Assembly: GCA_944387315.1 (NCBI GenBank) | Contig: CALXEL010000053.1 | Span: forward strand, 2,123-66,122 | Origin: an uncultured Clostridia bacterium | GTDB taxonomy: Bacteria > Bacillota > Clostridia > Oscillospirales > Ruminococcaceae | DNA length: 64,000 nucleotides | Reading direction: 5' to 3' | In this document: piece after piece, positions 18,276-27,917 of the stretch | Layout: each line of letters begins with the position of its first letter | Position numbering within the stretch: the stretch's first letter is position 1 | Made by a program: the position numbers and the translations under genes | Notes under the pieces: model-generated | Seen by the model: only the letters and a program-made list of their open reading frames with translations | Database searches by the model: none | Told to the model about the DNA's origin: nothing

Positions 18276-18543
18276 AGTGAGAGCCTCCTCGCAGGGCTGT
18301 AACCCAGCCCAGAATTTCATCCACCACCGACATATTCAGCTCGTAGTGGATATACTTGCCCACCTTGTCGTCCACAATCAGTCCCGCCTGCCGCAATACC
18401 GACAGATGATGGGAAATGGTGGCCGCAGTCATATCAAAGTGGGCGGCAATCTCCCCCGCTGTCATCGAGCCATCTTTGAGCAGATCCAAAATGGCTCTTC
18501 GGGTCGGGTCGGAAAGCGCCTTAAATGTGTGCTGAAATCCCAT
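18265..18543 (-). CDS. SdpR-like autorepressor (ArsR family)
   Basis: FKALSDPTRRAILDLL..MTAGEIA..F.M...TISHHLSVLRQAGLI. Confidence 0.8.
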   Translation of the reverse strand: MGFQHTFKALSDPTRRAILDLLKDGSMTAGEIAAHFDMTAATISHHLSVLRQAGLIVDDKVGKYIHYELNMSVVDEILGWVTALRGGSHYEE

Positions 18544-18565
18544 ACAACCGCCCCTCTTCTCTTTT

Positions 18566-18616
18566 ATTTAGATAACTTTCTAAATAAAGAATACACTATT
18601 TTGCGCCTACTGTCAA
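18566..18616 (-). promoter_or_regulatory. Promoter and inverted-repeat operator of the sdpR-like gene
   Basis: Minus strand reads TTGACA-N17-TATTCT, followed by the inverted repeat atttaga-N6-tctaaat (18566-18585). Confidence 0.5.
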
Positions 18617-18748
18617 TTTATTTTGATTGGTATCTAAATATTTCTATTTTTGCAGCTCACCCCCGGATTTCTTGTGCATAAAACGGAGCAAACTATTTTT
18701 GGAATAAAAATATATCTGGATAAAAAGCAAACATGCACAAAATAAAAA

Positions 18749-18777
18749 TTGAATATTTGTTCAACTTAAGATATAAT
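18749..18777 (+). promoter_or_regulatory. Orphan sigma-A-like promoter with no convincing ORF downstream
   Basis: TTGAAT-N17-TATAAT in a very AT-rich tract. The next strong signal downstream is the terminator at about 19072. Confidence 0.35.
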
Positions 18778-19071
18778 CATATTATAATATATATAATTTA
18801 ATAATATTTTATTATGAATTTAATATATATTTTTACCAGTTCCAAAGGGGAATCCATCCAATCTTTTGTAGGATTTTGAAATTCTTCTGGTACCCTCTTG
18901 CAATTTTCTCTTTGCTGCGTTACAATGCCAATAATCTTTTCCACACCAGCAAACGCTGGAAAACAATTTTGCTTACTCCTTATACTTATCCATAGATTTT
19001 CGGTCAAGGCACCGTCGCTGCTTTTGGGCAGTGGCGGTGTTTTGGCGTTGTCAGAGCTTTTCCAACCAAAA

Positions 19072-19105
19072 GCGGCCGGATGGGAATCCCATCCGGCCGC
19101 TTTTT
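19072..19105. terminator. Strong bidirectional terminator (dipeptidase gene and orphan locus)
   Basis: gcggccggatggg / cccatccggccgc stem, flanked by aaaa and ttttt. Confidence 0.85.
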
Positions 19106-20081
19106 ACTTCATAACCTCGCCAATAACTCGCTGTACATTTTTGTAGGCCACCTTTTCGATCTCATCATCGGTAAAACCATCCCAGTGGAGCTGGTCAAAA
19201 ACGAGCCCCATTTTGTCAGAACCAGAGACTTGCAGATTGCCCCGAATGCCATCGAAGTCAGAACCCAGGCCCACACAATCGATGCCTCCCAGATTGCGCA
19301 TCCTTTGAATGTGCTGGCTCATCTGTTTGACGGTGCTTTCCCGGTTGGATGGGTCGGGATTTAAAAAGTCCGGGCCAAAATTGATACCAGCTACACCACC
19401 CTTTTCCCCAAGGGCCCGGATCATCTCATCGGTAAGGTTCCGGCGGTGGGGTGAGATAGCCCGGCAGTTGGAATGAGAGGCTACAAATGGTTTCTGGCTC
19501 AGCTTGCACACATCCCAAAAGCCTCCATCCGACAGGTGGGAAACATCTACCACCATGCCCAGCTCATTCATCCGTACCACCGCTTCTTTTCCAAAATCGG
19601 TGAGTCCTGTGTTCATTACAATGGGGTCCGCTGAATTCGGGGCTCCAAAACAGTTGGCATAGTTCCAGGTGAGGGAGATCAACCGGAATCCCATCTGGTA
19701 ATACCGCTCCAAATTCTCCATCTGCCCATTGACTGCCCGGCCGTCCTCCAAAGTTAAAAAGGCTGAAACCTTTCCCGCTGCCTCATTCTTTTTCAGATCC
19801 TCCAGGTTTTTGGCAAAACCAATAGAATCCCCATATTTCTCAATATTGTTAAAGAGAGTCTGATAGAGCAGTTGGATATAGGCCTCATCCCCTATATGTC
19901 CCAGCTTCTCCCACCGAGGAGACTTTTCCGGCAGCATAAAGACCGCAAAAAACTGTGCGGCACAGCTTCCATTTTTCATCCTTCGGATATCCACTGAAAA
20001 CTGGTTCTCATACAGATCACCCGGGGCATCCGGCCCTGCCAACACCATCAAGGTGTCGCAATGCATATCCATGTACTTCAT
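19104..20081 (-). CDS. Membrane (renal-type) dipeptidase, peptidase M19
   Basis: MDMHCDT start, ..SLTWN.., DVSH.., SHSN.., LGSDFDG motifs of the M19 family. Confidence 0.85.
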   Translation of the reverse strand: MKYMDMHCDTLMVLAGPDAPGDLYENQFSVDIRRMKNGSCAAQFFAVFMLPEKSPRWEKLGHIGDEAYIQLLYQTLFNNIEKYGDSIGFAKNLEDLKKNEAAGKVSAFLTLEDGRAVNGQMENLERYYQMGFRLISLTWNYANCFGAPNSADPIVMNTGLTDFGKEAVVRMNELGMVVDVSHLSDGGFWDVCKLSQKPFVASHSNCRAISPHRRNLTDEMIRALGEKGGVAGINFGPDFLNPDPSNRESTVKQMSQHIQRMRNLGGIDCVGLGSDFDGIRGNLQVSGSDKMGLVFDQLHWDGFTDDEIEKVAYKNVQRVIGEVMK

Positions 20082-20303
20082 CTCTGGTTTCCTCCCCTTG
20101 TAATTGGTTGAATGGATAAAATTCCCTTATTGTTTATGGTAGCAGTTTTTGGAGAAAATGCAATCCTTTCCCTGTCTTTCCGCAAAATAAAAAATCTTTG
20201 TTCACTGGTTCTTCATACTTGTAAAGAGGATTTGTGATATGATACTATTACAATTAGTAAATAGTCTTTACTATATTTCATATCTCTGGGAAGGATTTAT
20301 GTC

Positions 20304-21008
20304 ATGTCCAGTTTTGTTACACTAGAAAATGTATATAAACGCTACCGGATGGGGGAGGTGACCATCACTGCCGCCGACGGGGTCTCTTTTACCATTGAAA
20401 AGGGCGAATTCGCCGTAGTGGTCGGTCCCTCCGGCGCCGGTAAAACCACCATCCTCAACATCCTGGGGGGAATGGACAGCTGCGATGAGGGAAAAATCCT
20501 GGTGGATGGAGAGGACATCAGCGGGTACAGTCCCCGACGGCTCACCTCCTACCGCCGGTATGACATTGGTTTTGTCTTTCAGTTTTATAATCTGGTGCAG
20601 AATCTCACCGCCAAGGAAAATGTAGAACTGGCCAGCCAGATCTGTAAAGATCCTCTGGACGCTGCCCAGGTTCTCAGACAGGTGGGGCTGGGGGAGCGGC
20701 TCAACAACTTCCCCGCTCAGCTCTCCGGCGGCGAGCAGCAGCGGGTAGCCATTGCCCGGGCCTTGGCCAAACGGCCTAAACTGCTTCTCTGCGACGAGCC
20801 CACCGGTGCCCTGGACTACAACACTGGCAAGGCGGTCCTCAAACTCCTCCAGGACACCTGCCGGCAGATGGGGATGACGGTGATTGTCATCACCCACAAC
20901 CTGGCCATCACCCCTATGGCCGACCGGGTGATCCGGATGAAAAACAGCCAAGTACAGGAAATTTTGTGTAATCCTGCCCCGACACCTGTGGAAGAAATTG
21001 AGTGGTAA
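20304..21008 (+). CDS. ABC transporter ATP-binding protein (MacB/LolD-type)
   Basis: Walker [25 protein letters not shown], Walker [13 protein letters not shown]. Confidence 0.9.
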   Translation: MSSFVTLENVYKRYRMGEVTITAADGVSFTIEKGEFAVVVGPSGAGKTTILNILGGMDSCDEGKILVDGEDISGYSPRRLTSYRRYDIGFVFQFYNLVQNLTAKENVELASQICKDPLDAAQVLRQVGLGERLNNFPAQLSGGEQQRVAIARALAKRPKLLLCDEPTGALDYNTGKAVLKLLQDTCRQMGMTVIVITHNLAITPMADRVIRMKNSQVQEILCNPAPTPVEEIEW

Positions 21009-21010
21009 CC

Positions 21011-24000
21011 ATGAAAAACGCTTTGTTAAAAGATACCCTGCGGGAGATCAAACGGACCTTTAACCGCTTTGTCTCCATCTTTCTCATTGTGGCGCTGGGC
21101 GTGGGCTTTTTTACTGGAATCAAAGCCACCGGTCCCGACATGAAGCTGACTGGCCATCAATATTATCAGGATTACCAGCTGATGGACATCCGGCTGGTTT
21201 CCACCCTGGGGTTCAGTGAAAAGGATTTGGAAGCCATCCGGCAGGTGGATGGAATTTCGGCGGTTATGCCGGCCTATTCCGCCGACGCTTTGCTGGATTC
21301 AGGTGGAAAGAGCGTGGTGGTCCGAGCCCACTCCCTGCCCCTGGACCTGTCTGCCGATGACCCAAACTTTCTCAACCAGCCCCGGCTGATTGAGGGACGT
21401 ATGCCCCAACGCTCGGGGGAGTGTGTGGTGGAAAAAAGTATCTACACCCCTGACAGCTTTGAAATCGGAAATACCGTCACCCTTCATCTCACCGACGAGG
21501 ACATCTCTGACTACCTGAAAACCGATACATATGAGATTGTAGGCATTGTGGAATCCCCCATGTATCTCACCTATGACAGAGGTTCCAGTCTCATTGGCAG
21601 CGGCAGTGTCACCTGCTATATGATGATTCCTCAGGAGGATTTCGCCCTGGACGTCTATACCGACGTCTATCTCCAGTCCCAGTGGGCCCAGGAGCAGTTT
21701 GCCTACAGTGAAGAGTATGATCAGGCTGTGGCCGATTTGATGGATCAGCTGGAACTGGTGGCTCAGCGGCGGGAGCCGGAGCGGTACCAGGAAATACTGG
21801 AGGAGGCCCAGCAGGAATTGGACGACGCCAAAGCCGAGCTGGCCGATGGGGAGGCCACCCAACAGCGGGAGCTGGCCGACGCCCAGAAGAAGATTGATGA
21901 CGCCCGCCAGGAACTGGCCGACGCCCAACAAAAACTGCTGGACGGAGAACAGGAACTGGCTGACGGTCAAAAGGAATTTGACGAAAAAATTGCCGACGCC
22001 CAGCGGGAACTGGATGAGGCCAAAAAGGAGCTGGAGGACGGGGAAAGTGAATATGTAGCCGGCAAGCTGGCCTATCTGGAGGCCAAACGGGAAGCCAATG
22101 GCACTATAAGCGATTCCCAAAGCGGGTTGGAGCTGGCTCAAAAAAAGCTAGAGGAACTCCAGGCCCAATATGACGCTGCCGCCCCCGCCCTGGAAGCGGC
22201 CAAAGAGCAGCTGCTGGCCTCGGTGGATGATCCCACCTTACAGGCGTTGATCTCTGATCCCACCAGCTTTGATGAGGAGACCACAGAGGCTATTCTGTCT
22301 AGCCTGCCGGCCTCTCTGGCCAGCCAGCTGCGTAGCTATCTCAACAATGCCAAACGGCTGATCCAGCTGGAAGAGGCCATTGCCACCCTCTCGGCTCAGA
22401 TCGAGGGAGGCAATCAGCAGATTCAGGATGGCATTTACGACCTGCAGCTGGCCTCCCGGGAGCTGAACGCCGCCCGGCGGGAGCTGGACAGAGGCTGGAA
22501 AGCCTACAACGAGGCCTATGAGGAATTCCTCACCGAAAAGGCCGATGGAGAACAGGAGCTGGCCGACGCCCGTCAGGAACTGGAGGACGGGCGGCGGGAG
22601 ATTGCTGACGGCATCCAAAAGCTGGCCGATGCCCAGCAGGAATTTGATGACGCCAAGCGGGATTCCGACCAGGAGATTGCCGACGCCCACCAGGAAATTG
22701 CTGACGCAGAGGCAGACCTGGCCGAGCTGGAACCTCCCACCTGGTATCTCTATGACCGGGATGACCTGCCCGGCTTTTCCGAGTACGAGGCCAACGCCGA
22801 CCGGATTGACGCCATCGCTAAGGTGTTCCCGGCTTTCTTCCTGTTGGTAGCCGCCTTGGTAAGCCTGACCACCATGACCCGTATGGTGGAGGAACAGCGT
22901 ACCCAGATTGGTACCATCAAGGCCCTGGGCTATGGCAAAAGCGCCATTGTATCCAAGTTCCTAATCTACTCCACCGCCGCCAGCCTACTGGGCAGCATAC
23001 TGGGGTTGGCTGTGGGTATGCGTCTCTTCCCTGTGGTCATCTTCGACGCCTATTCCATCATGTGTAAGCTGCCCTCGGTGATTACTCCATTCCGTTGGGA
23101 TTATGCTATTCTCTCCACCGTCGCCGCCATCCTTTGTACCGGTCTGGCGGCTCTGGGGGCCTGCTATAAGGAGCTGGCGGAGAATCCTGCCGCCCTGATG
23201 CGGCCCAAGGCTCCCAAGGCAGGCAAACGGGTTTTCCTGGAACGTCTGCCTTTTATCTGGAACCGGATCGGCTTTATTCAAAAGGTCACCATCCGCAACC
23301 TGCTGCGGTATAAGCGGCGGATTTTTATGACAGTCATCGGCATTGCGGGCTGTACTGCTCTGCTGCTTACCGGATTCGGCATGTATGACTCGGTTTCCGC
23401 CATTGCCGATAAACAGTTTGGCGAGCTGTTCCACTACGATTTCCTGGCCATCTTGGAGGAGGATCTGGACAATGCTTCCATTGATACTCTGGACAACTAC
23501 CTGACTGGAATGTCTCAGGTGGATCAGCAGGTACTGATGCGTCAGAAGACCATCGACGCCTTTACTGACGACAAGACGGTCAATGCCTATCTGATGGTGC
23601 CCCAGTCTCCAGAAGAGTTCCAACAGCTGGTTACCCTGCGTACCCGGACCCACCATGAGGCCCTTACCATTCCCCAGGAGGGGGCCATTGTCAGCGAAAA
23701 ACTGGCCATCCTGCTCAATAAAGAAGTTGGGGATACCATCTCCCTGCGGGACAGTGACGGCCGGGTCTATGAGGCGGTCATTGGAGCCATCACTGAAAAC
23801 TACGCTATGCACTACATCTACTTCTCTCCCCAGGGGTATGAGCAAGTGTTTGGCGTCTCCCCTGAGTACAACTGCTTTATGGGCAGCTTTACCGATGAGG
23901 CTCTGAATCAGGCAGGGGAGGCCGCTCTCACCGAGGAAATCCTCAGCCAGGATGGCGTCCTCTATGTCAGCGGCATCGATCAGACCAGCTCCCGGTTCTA

Positions 24001-24418
24001 TGACATGATCCAGGCTCTTCAGTATGTCATCATTGTACTGATCGCTTCAGCTGGAGCCCTGGCCTTTGTGGTTCTCTACAACCTGACCAACATCAATGTG
24101 GGAGAACGGATTCGGGAGATCGCCACCATCAAGGTGCTGGGCTTCTATGACCGGGAGGTCTCCGCCTATATCTACCGGGAAAACGGTATTCTGGCTGTGC
24201 TGGGTATGTTTGCCGGGCTGGTGCTGGGAATTTTCCTCCATCGGTTTGTCATGCAGACGGCTGAGATCGATATGATTATGTTCGGCCGGCAGATCTACAC
24301 CCCCAGCTATTGGATATCCGGTGCCCTCACCCTTCTCTTCGCGGTGCTGGTCAACATCTTCATCCACTTTCGCTTAAAGAAGATCAGCATGGTGGAATCC
24401 TTAAAATCTATCGAGTAA
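21011..24418 (+). CDS. FtsX-family ABC permease with two FtsX modules and a ~330-aa coiled-coil insertion
   Basis: N-terminal TM helix, extracytoplasmic domain, and a long E/A/D/Q-rich heptad region with repeated ELADAxxEL. Two 3-TM FtsX blocks follow. Start abuts the ATPase stop. Confidence 0.8.
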   Translation: MKNALLKDTLREIKRTFNRFVSIFLIVALGVGFFTGIKATGPDMKLTGHQYYQDYQLMDIRLVSTLGFSEKDLEAIRQVDGISAVMPAYSADALLDSGGKSVVVRAHSLPLDLSADDPNFLNQPRLIEGRMPQRSGECVVEKSIYTPDSFEIGNTVTLHLTDEDISDYLKTDTYEIVGIVESPMYLTYDRGSSLIGSGSVTCYMMIPQEDFALDVYTDVYLQSQWAQEQFAYSEEYDQAVADLMDQLELVAQRREPERYQEILEEAQQELDDAKAELADGEATQQRELADAQKKIDDARQELADAQQKLLDGEQELADGQKEFDEKIADAQRELDEAKKELEDGESEYVAGKLAYLEAKREANGTISDSQSGLELAQKKLEELQAQYDAAAPALEAAKEQLLASVDDPTLQALISDPTSFDEETTEAILSSLPASLASQLRSYLNNAKRLIQLEEAIATLSAQIEGGNQQIQDGIYDLQLASRELNAARRELDRGWKAYNEAYEEFLTEKADGEQELADARQELEDGRREIADGIQKLADAQQEFDDAKRDSDQEIADAHQEIADAEADLAELEPPTWYLYDRDDLPGFSEYEANADRIDAIAKVFPAFFLLVAALVSLTTMTRMVEEQRTQIGTIKALGYGKSAIVSKFLIYSTAASLLGSILGLAVGMRLFPVVIFDAYSIMCKLPSVITPFRWDYAILSTVAAILCTGLAALGACYKELAENPAALMRPKAPKAGKRVFLERLPFIWNRIGFIQKVTIRNLLRYKRRIFMTVIGIAGCTALLLTGFGMYDSVSAIADKQFGELFHYDFLAILEEDLDNASIDTLDNYLTGMSQVDQQVLMRQKTIDAFTDDKTVNAYLMVPQSPEEFQQLVTLRTRTHHEALTIPQEGAIVSEKLAILLNKEVGDTISLRDSDGRVYEAVIGAITENYAMHYIYFSPQGYEQVFGVSPEYNCFMGSFTDEALNQAGEAALTEEILSQDGVLYVSGIDQTSSRFYDMIQALQYVIIVLIASAGALAFVVLYNLTNINVGERIREIATIKVLGFYDREVSAYIYRENGILAVLGMFAGLVLGIFLHRFVMQTAEIDMIMFGRQIYTPSYWISGALTLLFAVLVNIFIHFRLKKISMVESLKSIE

Positions 24419-24423
24419 AAATA

Positions 24424-24457
24424 AGCCGGCAACCTCTAAAGGCTGCCGGCTTTGCTT
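24424..24457 (+). terminator. Terminator after the ABC permease gene
   Basis: agccggca ... tgccggct hairpin followed by a T-rich tail. Confidence 0.5.
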
Positions 24458-24472
24458 TGCCCTTTGGCAGGC

Positions 24473-24508
24473 AAAAAGGCCCGGAGCTTTAAGCTCCGGG
24501 CCTTTTTT
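24473..24508. terminator. Bidirectional terminator (end of the alpha operon)
   Basis: ggcccggagc-tttaa-gctccgggcc, flanked by aaaaa and tttttt. Confidence 0.85.
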
Positions 24509-24518
24509 CATATTTCGG

Positions 24519-24860
24519 TTAGATCAGTTCGATGATAGCCATCTCAGCTGCGTCACCGCGGCGGGGACCAGTCTTGATGATCCGGGTGTAACCACCATTT
24601 CTCTCCTTGTATTTGGGAGCGATCTCATCAATGGTCTTCTTAGCCACAGACTCTTTTGTAATGAAAGAGTATACCTGACGCTTGGAGTGTAGGTCATCGC
24701 ACTTCGCCGTAGTAATCATTTTCTCGGCCATCGAGCGAACTTCCTTGGCTCTGGTTACGGTGGTCTCGATCTTGCCGTTTTCCAGCAGATAAGTTACCAT
24801 CGCTCTAAGCATCGCCATTCTGTGATCGGTTGTTCTGCCGAGTTTTCTGGTACCTGGCAT
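24519..24860 (-). CDS. rplQ: 50S ribosomal protein L17
   Basis: Conserved L17 sequence, in its usual position after rpoA. Confidence 0.95.
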   Translation of the reverse strand: MPGTRKLGRTTDHRMAMLRAMVTYLLENGKIETTVTRAKEVRSMAEKMITTAKCDDLHSKRQVYSFITKESVAKKTIDEIAPKYKERNGGYTRIIKTGPRRGDAAEMAIIELI

Positions 24861-24896
24861 GGTAATTCACTCCTTTACCTGTGCTTTGGAAATATA

Positions 24897-25853
24897 CTAA
24901 TCTTCTTCCTTGCTAAGGTCAAACCCCAAGGACTGTAGTTTGCTTACTACCTCTTCAAGTGACTTCTTACCAAGATTTCGAACCTTCATCATCTCATCGG
25001 GAGATTTGTTGATCAGGTCGTTTACAGTGTTGACACCTGCCCGTTTCAGGCAGTTAAAGGCACGAACAGAAAGGTCAAGCTCTTCAATGGTCATCTCAAG
25101 AACCTTCTCTTTACCGGTGTCTTCTTTCTTTTCCAGAATTTCGGTAGAGCTTACCTCGTCAGAGAGATCAACGAAGTGGTTGAGCTGTCTAGTGAGGATC
25201 TTGGCTGCCAGACTCACTGCTTCCTTGGCGGAGATGGTACCGTCGGTCCAAACCTCCAAAGTCAGCTTGTCATAGTCTGTAATCTGTTCTACACGAGTGT
25301 TTTCCACTGTATAATTTACCTTTAAAACAGGTGTGAAAATGCTATCCACGGCAATGGTGCCGATGGGAGCTTTCTCCAGCTCTGTCTGTTTGTTCCGTTC
25401 TGCCGAAACATAGCCCTGACCTTTTTTCAGGGTAATTTCCATCGAGAGCTTGGCACCTGCGCCCAGTGTGGCAATATGCATACTGGGGTCCAAAATCTCA
25501 ACCTCAGCATCGGTCTCGATCGAGCCCGCGGTTACCTCACACTCGCCCTCCGCGTCAATCCGTACGGTTTTGGGGCCTTCGGTGTAAAGCTTGGCGGTCA
25601 GTCCCTTGATGTTCAGGATGATCTCAGTAACATCCTCTTTGACACCGGGAATGGTCGAGAACTCGTGTTGAATTCCATCAATCTTTACAGACAGAACAGC
25701 AACACCAGGAAGCGAGGAGAGCAGCACACGCCGAAGGCTGTTGCCCAGGGTTGTACCAAAGCCTCTGTCCAGCGGTTCCGCTACAAACCGGCCGTAAGAA
25801 CCGTCGGGTTTGAGCTCCACCGTCTCGATCTTTGGTTCAATAATCTTTACCAT
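24897..25853 (-). CDS. rpoA: DNA-directed RNA polymerase subunit alpha
   Basis: Conserved NTD ([15 protein letters not shown]) and CTD ([15 protein letters not shown]). Confidence 0.95.
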   Translation of the reverse strand: MVKIIEPKIETVELKPDGSYGRFVAEPLDRGFGTTLGNSLRRVLLSSLPGVAVLSVKIDGIQHEFSTIPGVKEDVTEIILNIKGLTAKLYTEGPKTVRIDAEGECEVTAGSIETDAEVEILDPSMHIATLGAGAKLSMEITLKKGQGYVSAERNKQTELEKAPIGTIAVDSIFTPVLKVNYTVENTRVEQITDYDKLTLEVWTDGTISAKEAVSLAAKILTRQLNHFVDLSDEVSSTEILEKKEDTGKEKVLEMTIEELDLSVRAFNCLKRAGVNTVNDLINKSPDEMMKVRNLGKKSLEEVVSKLQSLGFDLSKEED

Positions 25854-25939
25854 AATTAAACCCTCCTTCTAGGGACAGAGAACCCAGTGGGCTCTCTGCC
25901 TTATCATTCGCGTTCCCTTGCTGATTTTAACTAGAAGCA

Positions 25940-26566
25940 TTACTTGCTGTAGAGCTCAACGATCAGGTGCTCTGCAACATCCAGATCGATCTCTTCTCTG
26001 TTAGGCAGCTGTACAATGCGAGCGGAGAGCTGGTTTCTGTCCAGATCCAGCCAGGCGGGAACCGGACGGGCACTGTTGGCCTCCACAATGGCTTTGATTT
26101 TGTCAGAATCCTTGCTCTTGTTGCTGATGGCAATTACATCGCCAGCCTTACACAGGTAAGACGGAATGTTTACCTTCTTGCCATTTACGGTGTAATGGCC
26201 ATGGGTAACAAGCTGTCTTGCTTCTTTTCTGGAAAGAGCAAAACCCAGTCTGTAAACAACGTTATCCAGACGGCTTTCCAGAATTCTGAGCAGGTTTTCA
26301 CCGGTTACGCCCTCTTTGCTCATAGCCATTTCGTAATATTTCGCGAACTGGCTCTCCAAAACACCATAGTAATGTTTTGCGGTCTGTTTCGCGCGAAGCT
26401 GCAGACCATACTCGGAAACTTTCTTCCGGGAATTGCCATGCTGACCGGGAACGGTAGCTCTGCGGGTTACCGCACACTTGTCACTGTAGCATCTCTCGCC
26501 TTTCAGAAAGAGCTTCTTGCCCTCACGACGGCACTGTCTGCATGCTGCTCCGGTATATCTTGCCAT
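25940..26566 (-). CDS. rpsD: 30S ribosomal protein S4
   Basis: MARYTG..CR.CRREG start and an S4 RNA-binding domain. Confidence 0.95.
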   Translation of the reverse strand: MARYTGAACRQCRREGKKLFLKGERCYSDKCAVTRRATVPGQHGNSRKKVSEYGLQLRAKQTAKHYYGVLESQFAKYYEMAMSKEGVTGENLLRILESRLDNVVYRLGFALSRKEARQLVTHGHYTVNGKKVNIPSYLCKAGDVIAISNKSKDSDKIKAIVEANSARPVPAWLDLDRNQLSARIVQLPNREEIDLDVAEHLIVELYSK

Positions 26567-26595
26567 AATACTTGCACCTCCAATTCAGTTCGGGG

Positions 26596-26690
26596 GACTG
26601 GCTAACCTTGCTTTTGTAAGCCCCCTTTGGGGGGAAAAGCAAATGCCAGTTGGCACAGCCAGTCAATTTTGACGGCCCTACCGTCAAAAT
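26596..26690 (-). promoter_or_regulatory. Structured rpsK-rpsD spacer; candidate S4 autoregulatory leader
   Basis: The 139-nt spacer holds an 10-bp hairpin (AUUUUGACGG/CCGUCAAAAU). It also holds an 8-bp closing stem (GACUGGCU/AGCCAGUC) enclosing two inner hairpins. It ends just upstream of the rpsD RBS. Confidence 0.3.
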
Positions 26691-26705
26691 AAAGCTTATC
26701 TTAAA

Positions 26706-27104
26706 TTATACACGTCTTCTCTTAGGCGGGCGGCAGCCATTGTGAGGAATGGGAGTAACATCCTTAATCATGTTAACTTCCAGACCTGCGGCCTGCAGCG
26801 CACGAATAGCGGCCTCACGACCAGAACCTGGGCCCTTAACATAAACCTCAACCGATTTCAGGCCATGCTCCATAGCAGCCTTGGCAGCGGTCTCAGCTGC
26901 GGTCTGAGCAGCGAAAGGAGTGGATTTTCTGGAGCCTCTGAAGCCCAGACCACCAGCGCTGGCCCAAGACAGAGCGTTACCCTGGGTATCGGTAATGGTT
27001 ACGATAGTGTTGTTAAAGGTCGACTGGATATGAGCTGCACCGCGCTCGATATTTTTACGCTCACGGCGACGGCGAATGGCCTTTTTTGGAGTAGCTTTTG
27101 CCAT
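26706..27104 (-). CDS. rpsK: 30S ribosomal protein S11
   Basis: Conserved S11 sequence and cluster position. Confidence 0.95.
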   Translation of the reverse strand: MAKATPKKAIRRRRERKNIERGAAHIQSTFNNTIVTITDTQGNALSWASAGGLGFRGSRKSTPFAAQTAAETAAKAAMEHGLKSVEVYVKGPGSGREAAIRALQAAGLEVNMIKDVTPIPHNGCRPPKRRRV

Positions 27105-27122
27105 CTCTCGTATCCTCCCTTA

Positions 27123-27491
27123 CTACTTCTTCTTGTTGGCGATTGTTTTCTTCGGACCCTTGCGAGTACGGGCGTTTGTCTTAGTGCGCTGACCTCTTAC
27201 AGGCAGGCCTTTTCTGTGACGTACGCCGCGGAAGCATCCGATTTCAATCAATCTCTTGATGTTGAGGGCGGTATCTCTTCTCAGGTCGCCTTCAACCATC
27301 AGGTGTTTGTCGATATAATCACGCAGCAGACCGGCCTCATCTTCGGTCAGATCCTTGACACGAGTGTCAGGATTGATTCCGGTGGCGGCCAAAATGTCAT
27401 TTGCTGTCTTGCGACCTATACCGAGAATATAGGTCAGACCAATCTCAACTCGCTTTTCTCTTGGCAAGTCAACACCAGCTATACGAGCCAT
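27123..27491 (-). CDS. rpsM: 30S ribosomal protein S13
   Basis: [10 protein letters not shown] start, cluster position. Confidence 0.95.
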   Translation of the reverse strand: MARIAGVDLPREKRVEIGLTYILGIGRKTANDILAATGINPDTRVKDLTEDEAGLLRDYIDKHLMVEGDLRRDTALNIKRLIEIGCFRGVRHRKGLPVRGQRTKTNARTRKGPKKTIANKKK

Positions 27492-27528
27492 ACTTTTGTT
27501 GCACCTCCATCATATAGGTTTTGCACGA

Positions 27529-27642
27529 TTAGCCCTGACGCTGTTTGTGCTTGGGGTTTACGCATATAACCATTATGCGGCCCTTGCGCTTAATGATTTT
27601 GCATTTCTCGCAAATGGGCTTCACGGAAGGTCTTACTTTCAT
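27529..27642 (-). CDS. rpmJ: 50S ribosomal protein L36 (Cys3-His zinc form)
   Basis: Hand translation gives [46 protein letters not shown] present. Too short for the ORF track. Confidence 0.9.
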   Translation of the reverse strand: MKVRPSVKPICEKCKIIKRKGRIMVICVNPKHKQRQG

Positions 27643-27683
27643 TTGAATTACCTCCTTGTATAACCCTCACTTGAAAGGTTTCA

Positions 27684-27902
27684 CTATTTCGAACGCCAAG
27701 TAATGCGTCCTTTCGTCAGGTCATAGGGAGAAATTTCCACTGTAACCTTATCACCAGGCAAAATACGAATGAAGTTCATCCGCAGCTTGCCGGAAATGTG
27801 CGCTAAAATCTTGTGTCCATTGGGCAGCTCAACCTGGAACTGCGCATTGGGCAGGGATTCTACCACAGTACCCTCAATCTCAATGACATCTTCTTTCGAC
27901 AA
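27684..27902 (-). CDS. infA: Translation initiation factor IF-1
   Basis: 72-aa S1-like fold: MSKEDVIE.EG.V.E.LPNA.F.V.L.NGH.. Confidence 0.95.
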   Translation of the reverse strand: MSKEDVIEIEGTVVESLPNAQFQVELPNGHKILAHISGKLRMNFIRILPGDKVTVEISPYDLTKGRITWRSK

Positions 27903-27917
27903 GGTTTGTTCCTCCTT

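Noticed and set aside
18798-19007. 69-aa minus-strand ORF in the AT-rich orphan locus
   Set aside because: It has a TTG start and no RBS, and it sits immediately downstream of a strong terminator with no promoter. The C-terminal half is translated AT-rich DNA (IKFIIKYY). It is kept only as part of the orphan-locus finding.
20031-20082. Apparent one-base discrepancy when I hand-translated the 5' end of the dipeptidase gene against the ORF track
   Set aside because: The ORF track gives one uninterrupted 325-aa M19 dipeptidase, and the coordinates on both sides agree with the track. This is most likely my own misreading of a C-run, not a real frameshift.
21780-22720. Recurring ~13-20-bp DNA repeats (ctggccgacgccc...) that might look like a repeat array
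   Set aside because: They are in-frame codon repeats encoding the ELADA coiled-coil heptads of the permease. There is no spacer/repeat periodicity, so this is not a CRISPR or mobile repeat.
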